A stretch of 42,486 nt of DNA, from assembly GCA_945860985.1 (NCBI GenBank), contig CAMASM010000003.1, positions 1 to 42,486 on the forward strand, given 5' to 3'. The position numbers and the translations under genes are program-made. The notes beneath the pieces are model-generated. The model searched no databases. It saw nothing but the letters and a program-made list of their open reading frames with translations, and was not told where the DNA came from. Position 1 is the stretch's first letter; each line of letters begins with the position of its first letter. Shown here in pieces: positions 17,694 through 26,189 of the stretch. This DNA comes from Candidatus Finniella inopinata (GTDB lineage: Bacteria; Pseudomonadota; Alphaproteobacteria; Paracaedibacterales; CAITNM01).

Positions 17694-18749
17694 TTGTCCT
17701 GCTATTGTCGGTTCGTTTACTCCAGTTGTGCTGGGGAAACTTGATGGTAAGTTTTCAAAAAATCGTGCTGCCAGGTAGGCAATCAATTGTGCTTCTATCG
17801 CATCTTCACTGAAACCAAGGTCAGAAACTTTAAGCACTTCCTCAAAATTTTGGCATAAGCCATTCATGATTACTGGGTTATGGCAACCACCACCGCAGAC
17901 AACTATTCGTTGTGGTGGTATTGGTAAATTTTGCAAACTTGTAACGATGCTTTGAATTGTGAATTGCGTTAGGGTTGCGGCGCCATCTTCAACTGAAAGT
18001 TTTTGGCAATCATCTAAATTTTTGTGAAAATACAGACGATCTAACGATTTTGGTAGTGACTGGGTGAAAAACGGGTCTTCTAGCCATTTATTTAAAATAG
18101 TCGGAATTACTATGCCTCGTGTGGCGCATTCGCCATTTGTGTCTTGCGCAATTCCTGTGTGTTGGGCCATCCAGTCATCAATTAGCGCATTGCCAGGGCC
18201 AATGTCTCCGGCGATTAGATCGTTTTCAGTAATTAAGGTTAGGTTGGTAATGCCGCCAATATTTAAGATTACTAATGGTTTGGGTAGCTTTGCAGTTATT
18301 ATTTGATGGTAAATTGGGGCAAGAGGTGCTCCTTGTCCTCCATTTGCTACATCATTAAGGCGCATTTTCCCAATTACATTTATGTTTAATTGATTGGCTA
18401 GTAGTTGGCAGTCTCCCAATTGAACAGTTAGTTTATTGGTTGGGTCGTGCCAAACTGTTTGCCCATGAAAGCCTACAGCATCAACTTCAAGTTGGTTGTG
18501 TCGTATAAATTCTTTTATGTGGTGGGCATGGTAGTTAGCAATATCTTTTGCTAATTCATCATCCATAAAATGGCGTGCAGTTCCTAGGGTAACTCGTTTA
18601 CGTAAGGTGTTGCGGTAGTTGCTAGCAAAAGGAATTGTCGTAGATGGCCCAACGGTCAACTGGTCACTACCATTTGTTATTATATAGGCAAGATCTAGTC
18701 CATCGCACGAAGTGCCAGTCATGCAGCCAATTAAGCGGTAATTTGCCAT
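17676..18749 (-). CDS. anmK: Anhydro-N-acetylmuramic acid kinase
   Basis: GCMTGTSCDGLD, GFHGQTVWH, GGQGAPLAP, NIGGI.N, DIGPGNALID, CGGG. Confidence 0.95.
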   Translation of the reverse strand: MANYRLIGCMTGTSCDGLDLAYIITNGSDQLTVGPSTTIPFASNYRNTLRKRVTLGTARHFMDDELAKDIANYHAHHIKEFIRHNQLEVDAVGFHGQTVWHDPTNKLTVQLGDCQLLANQLNINVIGKMRLNDVANGGQGAPLAPIYHQIITAKLPKPLVILNIGGITNLTLITENDLIAGDIGPGNALIDDWMAQHTGIAQDTNGECATRGIVIPTILNKWLEDPFFTQSLPKSLDRLYFHKNLDDCQKLSVEDGAATLTQFTIQSIVTSLQNLPIPPQRIVVCGGGCHNPVIMNGLCQNFEEVLKVSDLGFSEDAIEAQLIAYLAARFFENLPSSFPSTTGVNEPTIAGQLFLAK

Positions 18750-18807
18750 CTAAATTAAAAATACTGTTAGTAGTTTGATATTAAAAAAAGAAAATTAAAT
18801 TATCTAC

Positions 18808-18847
18808 AAAAATTACCAAGTAGATTGGTGCCTACTTGGTAATTTTT
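18808..18847 (-). terminator. Intrinsic terminator after the 18857 gene
   Basis: 16-bp perfect stem aaaaattaccaagtag / ctacttggtaattttt. Confidence 0.75.
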
Positions 18848-18856
18848 AGCTGTTGG

Positions 18857-19612
18857 TTATTTTTTTTTACCTTTTCTTAAGCTTGGGAAACAACCGCAGC
18901 ATTCCCCATCTTCAATTGCTTGTAGCAATTTTGATACGGCAGCTGATGCGGCGTCTGATGCTTTAGAAAGTCCAAGGTATGAAACATTTACCAGCTTAGC
19001 AATTGTTGGTGTAAATGTTTTTGCTACAGAAATAATTTCAGACTGATGATCTTTTGCTAAGCTTCCAACAGAAGATAAAGAAGCTGGCAAAGCCTTGAAT
19101 AGTTCGCCTAAAAGTAATGGTAAATCTTTATCCATAGTTTCTTTCACAAAAGCCTCACAATTTTTAAGGTCAGCTAGGGCGCTTAATTCTCTTTCGGTTG
19201 TGTCTATGGTATTAATTATCTTTCCAAAAGCTGTATATACTGCGTTTTTATCATCGAAAAAATTTGCAAGTTTTGGAAAATCACCAGGGCTTTGGCGCAC
19301 CCATGCAGCAAGTGATTCGCACATTAGGTATGAAAAATCAGCCCAATATAATTTTTTGTGGCTGTCTCCGCCAATTATACCACCACTAGACAGTAGGTAT
19401 CCGGTAATTTTAAATACGGAACTTTGAGTGCCATCTCTTGAGAAATCTAAAACACACTGTTGCATTGGCATTCTAGCAGCAGGAGTTCTAGCAGCGTCTA
19501 AGATATCATCTACTATTCTTAATTCGACTACTTCATGTGCTGCTGCTGATAGTGCTGCTATACTTAAGCTAAATAATATTAGTGTGTATGTTTTAGTAAA
19601 AAAATTCTTCAT
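18857..19612 (-). CDS. Secreted hypothetical protein with Cys-cluster/polybasic C-terminus
   Basis: ATG 19612 with SD tggaga; signal peptide MKNFFTKTYTLILFSLSIAALSAA; ends ECCGCFPSLRKGKKK. Confidence 0.8.
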   Translation of the reverse strand: MKNFFTKTYTLILFSLSIAALSAAAHEVVELRIVDDILDAARTPAARMPMQQCVLDFSRDGTQSSVFKITGYLLSSGGIIGGDSHKKLYWADFSYLMCESLAAWVRQSPGDFPKLANFFDDKNAVYTAFGKIINTIDTTERELSALADLKNCEAFVKETMDKDLPLLLGELFKALPASLSSVGSLAKDHQSEIISVAKTFTPTIAKLVNVSYLGLSKASDAASAAVSKLLQAIEDGECCGCFPSLRKGKKK

Positions 19613-19682
19613 AACGTTTCTCCACATTTTAAAAGTTAAAACAAAACCAGTTGGTTTCAATGTTTATTCTCAGTTAAAAATA

Positions 19683-19697
19683 TTAAAATATTGTTAA
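19683..19697 (-). promoter_or_regulatory. CtrA-type box TTAA-N7-TTAA
   Basis: Reads ttaacaatattttaa on the minus strand, about 70 bp upstream of ATG 19612. Confidence 0.65.
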
Positions 19698-19761
19698 CCA
19701 GAGATATTTATATGGTCCTATTGATTTTTTTATTTCACTTATGGTTTGAAATAGCTTATAT

Positions 19762-19783
19762 AATCCCGCCAAGTGACGGGATT
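19762..19783 (-). terminator. Hairpin (probable terminator) after the 19794 gene
   Basis: aatcccgcca-ag-tgacgggatt. Confidence 0.55.
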
Positions 19784-19793
19784 CGTTTTTCCT

Positions 19794-20204
19794 TTATTTG
19801 TGGCGTGTTTGACAATGGCATTTTGCTGTGTATCCAGATTCTAATTCCTCTATGAAGTTGGTCATATCTTTGCTTCGTGCTATGTGAACCTTCTTTATTA
19901 GTTCTATAGCGGCCTTAATTTGTTTACTTGTAGAACCAAACGGTGTGCAGGATTCTTCTTTTTTTGTTCTAACAATGGGATTGCCTTCACATATTGCTAT
20001 TTCCGTTACGCCTTCTTTGCTAATGAAATATGCTCGTTCTTTTGCAATTAAAATTTTCCAGGCGTTGCATTTAAATTTAGTGGTGCTTCTTACAACACAG
20101 TGGGTGTCATATTCATCATCACAATCAGAAGAAGGATATATAACGGTTGTGGCTAAGCAAAAAGCCAGCAAAAATATATAATTTTTAATGTTAAAGTTTT
20201 TCAT
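19794..20204 (-). CDS. Secreted Cys-rich hypothetical protein, paralog of 21721..22197
   Basis: ATG 20204 with SD ggag; signal MKNFNIKNYIFLLAFCLATTVIYPS; Cys/Trp pattern shared with the 21721 protein. Confidence 0.8.
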   Translation of the reverse strand: MKNFNIKNYIFLLAFCLATTVIYPSSDCDDEYDTHCVVRSTTKFKCNAWKILIAKERAYFISKEGVTEIAICEGNPIVRTKKEESCTPFGSTSKQIKAAIELIKKVHIARSKDMTNFIEELESGYTAKCHCQTRHK

Positions 20205-20274
20205 AAAGTTCTCCATATCATATGTTGGCAAAATAAAATTAATAAGGTATAATTATTATTTTTGCTTAAATACA

Positions 20275-20289
20275 TTAAAATATGGTTAA
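20275..20289 (-). promoter_or_regulatory. CtrA-type box TTAA-N7-TTAA
   Basis: Reads ttaaccatattttaa on the minus strand, about 70 bp upstream of ATG 20204. Confidence 0.7.
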
Positions 20290-20351
20290 TCTAAAATATA
20301 TATACTAAGATTGACTATGTTTATACTTAGTAAAATTTTAGTAAGGGTGTG

Positions 20352-20500
20352 ATACTATTTCCCGAAAATACCATTAAGCAAAATGGATTCCCGCCGGAGT
20401 TTATCCTCGACCCGATCGGGGACGGGAATGACATAATTACCGCTGTTTTTGTCATTCCCGTGAAAACGGGAATCCACAATGAAAAATCGGGAAAGGGTAT
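20352..20500. repeat. REP/dRS3-like palindrome doublet inside a small MITE-like element
   Basis: tggattcccg...cgggaatgac (20384-20432) and gtcattcccgtgaaaacgggaatcca (20451-20476) in inverted orientation; outer arms atactatttcccga / tcgggaaagggtat. Confidence 0.8.
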
Positions 20501-20518
20501 AATTTTGTATTTGTGTAG

Positions 20519-20917
20519 TTAACAACAGCAAAGTCTTTTTAAGCAATTTCTCAAACATTGTGGTATGCACCATAAAAGGCAACATTCTGGTTGAGGGTCA
20601 GTAGTTTCTGCATGCTTAATCAATGTACTGCTTGCAGTAGGAACGTGAGTGGGTGGAAAAGTGTCGTATGTTTGCCCGGAAGCCATTAGTCCTCTTATTG
20701 TTACTTGTTTTATTATTTGCTGCATTAAGCCTACGCTTATGGCTTTGTCACTACTTATTGTGAATCCTCCTCCTTCGTGAAATTCAATCTTAAAATCTTT
20801 GTTTATTACCGTTTCTATTATTGCATGTCTGCGTGATTCCATGTCATCTTCTGATGTGTACAGGGATGTAAGGCTAAAACAAATAAACAGTGGTATAAAT
20901 AGGTGATAACTAGTCAT
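20519..20917 (-). CDS. Secreted hypothetical protein with Cys-rich C-terminus
   Basis: SD ggag; hydrophobic N-terminus; ends CCLLWCIPQCLRNCLKRLCCC. Confidence 0.75.
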   Translation of the reverse strand: MTSYHLFIPLFICFSLTSLYTSEDDMESRRHAIIETVINKDFKIEFHEGGGFTISSDKAISVGLMQQIIKQVTIRGLMASGQTYDTFPPTHVPTASSTLIKHAETTDPQPECCLLWCIPQCLRNCLKRLCCC

Positions 20918-21168
20918 AGATGCTCCAAATACTTGACGAAGTGGTGGAATTTTGATGTTGTTATTTTCAAATTTGACAACAAATTTTGATTTATATCTTT
21001 TAAGATATTGCAGAATTATTTGTAATTGTCGATGGTTTTTGTAACCTGGGGAGCTAATTTTTTAAACTTATATTCTTTATAAACAAATCAATAAACTTAG
21101 CGTATGAAAAATAAACCACAGACTTCCTGTCATAGTTTATGTTATTTGTAATAGAGTTAATGAATAAT

Positions 21169-21615
21169 TTACTCAAATAGCCATTTTAAAGGCCGTGGTA
21201 TTAAACTAGAAAACCAGCATTTCTTTTTTTTGTGAGGGCTAAGCTTACAATTGCTTGTGCTATCGTCACTATCACTATCATCACACTCGGAGTCGCTTGA
21301 CAGTATGTCGTCTGATCTTCTGTAGCGTTCAATTTCACGTAAGGCCACTTCGTCCATGAGTTTTATGGTGCTAAGTAATTTAATTGTTAACCCTTCGCAT
21401 AGTTCTTGGTAACAAGTTATTTTAGTGGTTATCTTATGTGGGCCGAGATATTCCCTGATAACTTCAAATTTATCGCAATCTTCGTCATTTGTTATGCGCA
21501 TTTGCAAGAATTTACTACATGCTTCATCATTTTCAAAAGGTGTTTCGCACCCATACACGCATGAAAAACTCAAACAAACAAGTAATATAAATGAATGGAA
21601 AATAGTTTTTTTCAT
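21169..21615 (-). CDS. Secreted (possibly lipoprotein) hypothetical protein with acidic Ser/Asp tract and basic-aromatic tail
   Basis: SD aaggag; signal MKKTIFHSFILLVCLSFSCVYG-C; ends KKKKCWFSSLIPRPLKWLFE. Confidence 0.78.
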   Translation of the reverse strand: MKKTIFHSFILLVCLSFSCVYGCETPFENDEACSKFLQMRITNDEDCDKFEVIREYLGPHKITTKITCYQELCEGLTIKLLSTIKLMDEVALREIERYRRSDDILSSDSECDDSDSDDSTSNCKLSPHKKKKCWFSSLIPRPLKWLFE

Positions 21616-21676
21616 AAATGCTCCTTATTTAATTATTAAAAAAAATAAAAACTAGAACTTATTTTCTGGTTTCAAG

Positions 21677-21702
21677 AAGATCCCACCATTTGGCGGGATC
21701 TT
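21677..21702 (-). terminator. Hairpin (probable terminator) after the 21721 gene
   Basis: aagatcccacca-tt-tggcgggatctt, similar to the 19762 hairpin. Confidence 0.6.
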
Positions 21703-21720
21703 TTGTTTTTGACTGGTTTA

Positions 21721-22197
21721 TTAGTCGCAGTCTCTTCTAGGTTTTGTAGGACATGGGCACTTTTCATATTCTGAAATTAGTTGCTCAAAGTAACATTTGG
21801 TGAATCTACTATTTGCAGCACATAGAACTTTTAGTAGATGTATTGCTTGAACTGTTTCTTTTTGTGTTTGTTTGGTAATACATCCATGTGAATCAATTGT
21901 TACTGTTCCGCAATGGCCTAATTTTACACTTAATAGACCACTTATATAAGATCCGCTACAGTCGCTATTTAACACTGCTGTCCATTTACAAGTATTTGGT
22001 GCTACGTATTCTGGTTCCTCAATACATGGTAGAGGCTTCACTACTGGCTTAGTAGGTGGCTTAGAAGGCCTGCCACATGATAACATATCATCTGTCATGT
22101 CGCCGCCGCCTTGGTAGCGTCCTGATGAGTAAGCAGCAGTTGTGCCAAGACAAACAGCTAATAATAGTACGATATTTTTAATTCTAAAGTTTTTCAT
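21721..22197 (-). CDS. Secreted Cys-rich hypothetical protein, paralog of 19794..20204
   Basis: ATG 22197 with SD ggag; signal MKNFRIKNIVLLLAVCLGTTAAYS; Pro-rich linker then Cys-rich domain. Confidence 0.8.
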   Translation of the reverse strand: MKNFRIKNIVLLLAVCLGTTAAYSSGRYQGGGDMTDDMLSCGRPSKPPTKPVVKPLPCIEEPEYVAPNTCKWTAVLNSDCSGSYISGLLSVKLGHCGTVTIDSHGCITKQTQKETVQAIHLLKVLCAANSRFTKCYFEQLISEYEKCPCPTKPRRDCD

Positions 22198-22264
22198 TTT
22201 ATTCTCCATATAAATTAAGTTAATAAAGATCGTCTGATCCAATTGTTATTATGGAGATAAATTA

Positions 22265-22279
22265 TTAAATTTCTCTTAA
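22265..22279 (-). promoter_or_regulatory. CtrA-type box TTAA-N7-TTAA
   Basis: Plus strand ttaaatttctcttaac, about 67 bp upstream of ATG 22197. Confidence 0.65.
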
Positions 22280-22429
22280 CAAAATAAAAAAAAATACTTT
22301 GTGTCTATTTTTTTTTACAATGATAATTTAAAAAATAAAGTATATGTAAATATAGTCCATTATTTTTACGTGTCATTAAACATGCCATACGTTTTGTGGC
22401 ATTTGCATGTGGCATAAAAATTATAAATC

Positions 22430-22890
22430 TAACGCAATGTGCAGGTTTTAATTTAATCTCCACAACGATAGCCGACGTCCCGCAGCCCAGACCATACCTT
22501 TATACACATCTTTTTTCCTCCATTTGATTCAAAGCTGTTATGTTTAGGCATACCCAACCCGTCATCATGAGGAGCCCTTTAACATGGCGTAAAGCTTGAG
22601 TTTTGTAAGACGTCTTTGTGAGCTCCGCAGGAGCGTAACAATCCAGTGATTTGCATCAATATTGAATTTATAGGACTGGATCGCGACGCTACGCTCGCGA
22701 TGACGAGATCAGGTCATTACGTTCAAGTCCACCCTTGGGTGGTGGGTTACTCATGATGACGTAGAGTTATAGATTTTTCCATATATAATCTCGAAGATAT
22801 GTATAAAGGTATGGTCTGGTCCGCGGGACGTAGAAATACACTAAGCATGGTAAATCAAATGTTTTTTAAAAAAACTTGTACACTGCGTAA
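22430..22890. mobile_element. Composite nested MITE/palindromic element (inverted relative of the 41166-41410 element)
   Basis: 22430-22493 matches the reverse complement of about 41344-41406, and 22813-22890 matches the reverse complement of about 41170-41245; concentric inverted repeats 22475-22512/22794-22831, 22560-22577/22744-22761 and 22611-22647/22675-22705. Confidence 0.85.
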
Positions 22891-22931
22891 TCTATTACAG
22901 AACCACGAGACATGCTTCCATGGAGTTTTCT

Positions 22932-23213
22932 TTATGTTTTATCATTAGCTAAAATGTTTTGACTTAGGCACCAGCGCCTAAAAAATTTTCTTCCAGCATG
23001 ATTGTATGTGTTAAGGTTGTATTTTTTTATATTTGTTTCATGTTCTGAGCAATCACATGTTTTGGATGCTTTAATTGGAGGAGGACGCATTTTGGTGTAT
23101 TTTGGGGCAGTTTCGGGTGCTAAAAAATTTTCGTCGTTCTGTTGAGCGGGGTATAAATTTGTGCAAAGGCAAATAGCTAATAATGCACAATTTTTTGTGA
23201 TAAAACTTATCAT
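22932..23213 (-). CDS. Small secreted hypothetical protein
   Basis: SD tggaga; signal-like N-terminus ending LYPA; CtrA-type box upstream. Confidence 0.6.
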   Translation of the reverse strand: MISFITKNCALLAICLCTNLYPAQQNDENFLAPETAPKYTKMRPPPIKASKTCDCSEHETNIKKYNLNTYNHAGRKFFRRWCLSQNILANDKT

Positions 23214-23273
23214 TTACTTCTCCATAGCGAGATAAAAAGTATTTTTCTACTTACTAATCATGGAATAAAGGCA

Positions 23274-23288
23274 TTAATATTATGTTAA
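23274..23288 (-). promoter_or_regulatory. CtrA-type box TTAA-N7-TTAA
   Basis: Reads ttaacataatattaa on the minus strand, about 60 bp upstream of ATG 23213. Confidence 0.65.
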
Positions 23289-23365
23289 TTTGCAATAAAA
23301 ATTTGAGTGTGATTTGCGAAATTTAAGTCTTTATATGAGCTTGGCTATTAAAATCAAAACGACTA

Positions 23366-24568
23366 TTACCTTAATTGGGCTATGGCTTTTTTTATTCTGC
23401 TGCAAGCTTTTTCTAAATTGCTCATGCTGGTGGCATATGAGATGCGAAAATATGGAGATAAGCCAAATCCATCTCCGCTTACTGTGGCAACATGGTGATT
23501 TTCTAGTAAATGGGTACAAAAATCGTTATCTGTTTGTAAAATTTTTCCGTCAATAGTGGTTTTTCCAATTATTCCCTTACACCCAATGTACAAGTAAAAA
23601 GCGCCGTTGGGTTTGATTAATTGCAGTTCTTTTATGTCAGTTAATTCATTTAATACAAAATCACGACGTTTGCAAAAACTTGCGCGCCATTCCTTTAAAA
23701 AATCATGGGGACCATTAATAGCAGCAACCGCTGCTGCCTGGGATATTGATGATGGATTTGAAGTGCTCTGTGATTGTAAGTTAGTCATAGCGTTAATAAG
23801 GTGGCTAGGGCCTGCTCCATAGCCGATTCTCCAACCGGTCATGGAATAGGCTTTTGAAACTCCATTAACTACTAGAGTACGCTCTACCAAATCAGGAGCA
23901 ACATTTAAGATGTTAGTAAATTTTGTATCATCGTAAACAAGGTATTCGTATATATCATCGGTTAAAATAGTAATATGGGGATTAGAGCGTAATACTTCAG
24001 CTAGGCTTAACAGTTCATCTGCATTATAAACACAACCAGTTGGGTTTGATGGGGAATTTAGAATAAGCCATTTGGTTTTTGGCGTTATTGCTTTATCTAG
24101 TTGCTCTGCTTGTATTTTGAAATTATTTTCGATAGAGCAATGAATAAAAACAGGTATGCCTTCGAATAGAGACACTATGTCAGGATAGGAAACCCAATAT
24201 GGAGCCGGAATGATTACTTCATCACCTTTGTTTAAAGTTGCCATTAGCGCATTGAAGATAACTTGCTTTCCACCTGTGCTGGCTATAATTTGTTCATGAC
24301 TGTAGGTCAGTCCATTATCTTTTTTTAGTTTTTGCGCTATTGCTGCTTTTAAATCCGCCGTTCCACCTATTGCAGTGTATTTGGTTTGTCCTTTGGCCAT
24401 GGCTTCTATGGCTGCTTCTTTAATCCATTGAGGGGTATCATAATCTGGTTCTCCTGCGCTTAGGCTAATTACATCCTTTCCCTCTGCCCTCATAGCAGCA
24501 GCTTTTGCAACCATTGCGAAAGTAGGGGAGGGTTTTATTGAATTCATTCGCTGTGCTAGGCTGACCAT
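23366..24568 (-). CDS. aspC: Aspartate aminotransferase (class I PLP-dependent)
   Basis: GEPD, PAPYWVSY, LNSPSNPTG, DDIYE, SKAYSMTGWRIG. Confidence 0.92.
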   Translation of the reverse strand: MVSLAQRMNSIKPSPTFAMVAKAAAMRAEGKDVISLSAGEPDYDTPQWIKEAAIEAMAKGQTKYTAIGGTADLKAAIAQKLKKDNGLTYSHEQIIASTGGKQVIFNALMATLNKGDEVIIPAPYWVSYPDIVSLFEGIPVFIHCSIENNFKIQAEQLDKAITPKTKWLILNSPSNPTGCVYNADELLSLAEVLRSNPHITILTDDIYEYLVYDDTKFTNILNVAPDLVERTLVVNGVSKAYSMTGWRIGYGAGPSHLINAMTNLQSQSTSNPSSISQAAAVAAINGPHDFLKEWRASFCKRRDFVLNELTDIKELQLIKPNGAFYLYIGCKGIIGKTTIDGKILQTDNDFCTHLLENHHVATVSGDGFGLSPYFRISYATSMSNLEKACSRIKKAIAQLR

Positions 24569-24636
24569 ATGTTTAAAAATTTATTGATTTCGGCCAAATG
24601 TAGCCAATTTTTAATAATAAATCTAGCAAGGGTATT

Positions 24637-25530
24637 ATGGTAGCAACAGTTTTATTTACCGGTGGTAATGGCTTTATTGGTTCAAACTTAGCGAGTTTTT
24701 TGTTTAATCGTGGGTATGAAATTATTTTTTATACCCAAAATTCAAAATTGGTACCGCGTGATTATCGCGTAATTACAAATTTACAAGAGATTGAAAAATT
24801 ACCCATGTTGGATGCGGTGATTAATCTTGCTGGTGCACCAATAATGAAGAGGTGGAATAAAGAATACCAACAGACTTTATATGATAGTAGGATTACAACC
24901 ACCCTTGATTTGATCTCAAGTCTGCGTAAATTTCAACGTATACCTAAAGCTTTTATTAGCGGATCTTCAGTTGGTTATTATTGGGGGCAACAGCTTAAGT
25001 GCTATGAAGATACTCCTGTTCCAGAGGATGAAAATTTTTGTAATCGCTTGTGTGCGGCTTGGGAAGATTCTGCAAAATCTTTACTTGGAGATGACACAAG
25101 GCTTTGCTTTGCAAGGCTTGGTGTGGTGCTTGGCCCCAAAGGTGGAATATTAAAACGTATTGAAAATCAGTTTCGTCTGGGGTTGGGTACGATTTTTGGC
25201 CAAGGTACTCAGGTTATGTCGTGGGTGCACATGGAAGATTGTATTAATGCATTTTGGCATATATTGCAAAATCAAGAACTTAGTGGGCCTTTTAATATTG
25301 TTGCTCCTAAAACGTGTACTAATGCTGAATTTTCTAATTTATTAGCAATGCAGTTTGGTAAGAAATCACCCAAATATTTGCCTGATTGGTTAGTGTCGAT
25401 TATTTTTGGGCAAATGGGAAAAGAAATGCTGCTAAAAGGAGTTTGTGCAGTGCCGAATAGGTTGCAACAAAGCGGATTTTTCTTTAAATATTCTGATATT
25501 AATAGCGCATTGCAAAGTTTTTATTCGTGA
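24637..25530 (+). CDS. TIGR01777/YfcH-family NAD-dependent epimerase-like protein
   Basis: TGGNGFIG, INLAG, SR...T, SSVGYY, WE, G.G.Q.MSWVH..D. Confidence 0.9.
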   Translation: MVATVLFTGGNGFIGSNLASFLFNRGYEIIFYTQNSKLVPRDYRVITNLQEIEKLPMLDAVINLAGAPIMKRWNKEYQQTLYDSRITTTLDLISSLRKFQRIPKAFISGSSVGYYWGQQLKCYEDTPVPEDENFCNRLCAAWEDSAKSLLGDDTRLCFARLGVVLGPKGGILKRIENQFRLGLGTIFGQGTQVMSWVHMEDCINAFWHILQNQELSGPFNIVAPKTCTNAEFSNLLAMQFGKKSPKYLPDWLVSIIFGQMGKEMLLKGVCAVPNRLQQSGFFFKYSDINSALQSFYS

Positions 25531-25539
25531 AATTTTTTT

Positions 25540-26016
25540 ATGACTAAAAAACTTACTCCGCAAGACCAAGAATTGTGGGCAAGTTTTACCAAGGATGTTC
25601 ATCGTACAAAATGTGATAAGGTAATCCCTGAGGAATCAGGGTTTGTTAAAGCTTCTGAAAAGCTTCAATTACCGGTTCCTCATGTGAAGATAACTCAAAA
25701 AGTTGTGGTATTGCATGCAAATGAACTTAGGAACGTTAGAATTGAAGGCCGTATAGATTTACACGGGTTTACTCAAGTTTTAGGTGAGCAGGCCTTAAGA
25801 GATTTTTTAAAAAACTCCATATATAAAGATTGGCGTTGGGTAATTGTTATTACTGGAAAAGGTTCCCCAGGTAACCCCAGTATTTTGCGGGAACAAGTTC
25901 CAAAGTGGTTGCAAAGTATGCCTGAATTAGTTACGGGTTACGCATTTGCTGCGCCAAATGATGGTGGTGCTGGGGCATTTTATGTAAAAATTCGTAGGAA
26001 ACTTCGATTTAAATAA
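25540..26016 (+). CDS. Smr-domain protein
   Basis: IDLHG, VITGKG, GGAGAFYV. Confidence 0.92.
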   Translation: MTKKLTPQDQELWASFTKDVHRTKCDKVIPEESGFVKASEKLQLPVPHVKITQKVVVLHANELRNVRIEGRIDLHGFTQVLGEQALRDFLKNSIYKDWRWVIVITGKGSPGNPSILREQVPKWLQSMPELVTGYAFAAPNDGGAGAFYVKIRRKLRFK

Positions 26017-26128
26017 GTAAAAATAAGTCTCGATAATTTAAAATTATTCTTAAATTTTTTATCTTTGCTTTAGTGTAGTTACAATTTTGCACTGAATTAC
26101 CACACAGGCGAGTAAAAACTGAATATAT

Positions 26129-26143
26129 TTAAAGATTAGTTAA
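26129..26143. promoter_or_regulatory. CtrA-type box upstream of the rseP-bamA-skp-lpxD operon
   Basis: ttaaagattagttaa. Confidence 0.5.
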
Positions 26144-26189
26144 AAAACCCTCTTTTATTTCTCCCTAATATAACGTAACACTATATATA

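Noticed and set aside
20355-20585. 76-aa minus-strand ORF
   Set aside because: Mostly a translation of the REP-like repeats (DSRFHGND, VIP...RESI) and overlaps the 20519 gene in another frame
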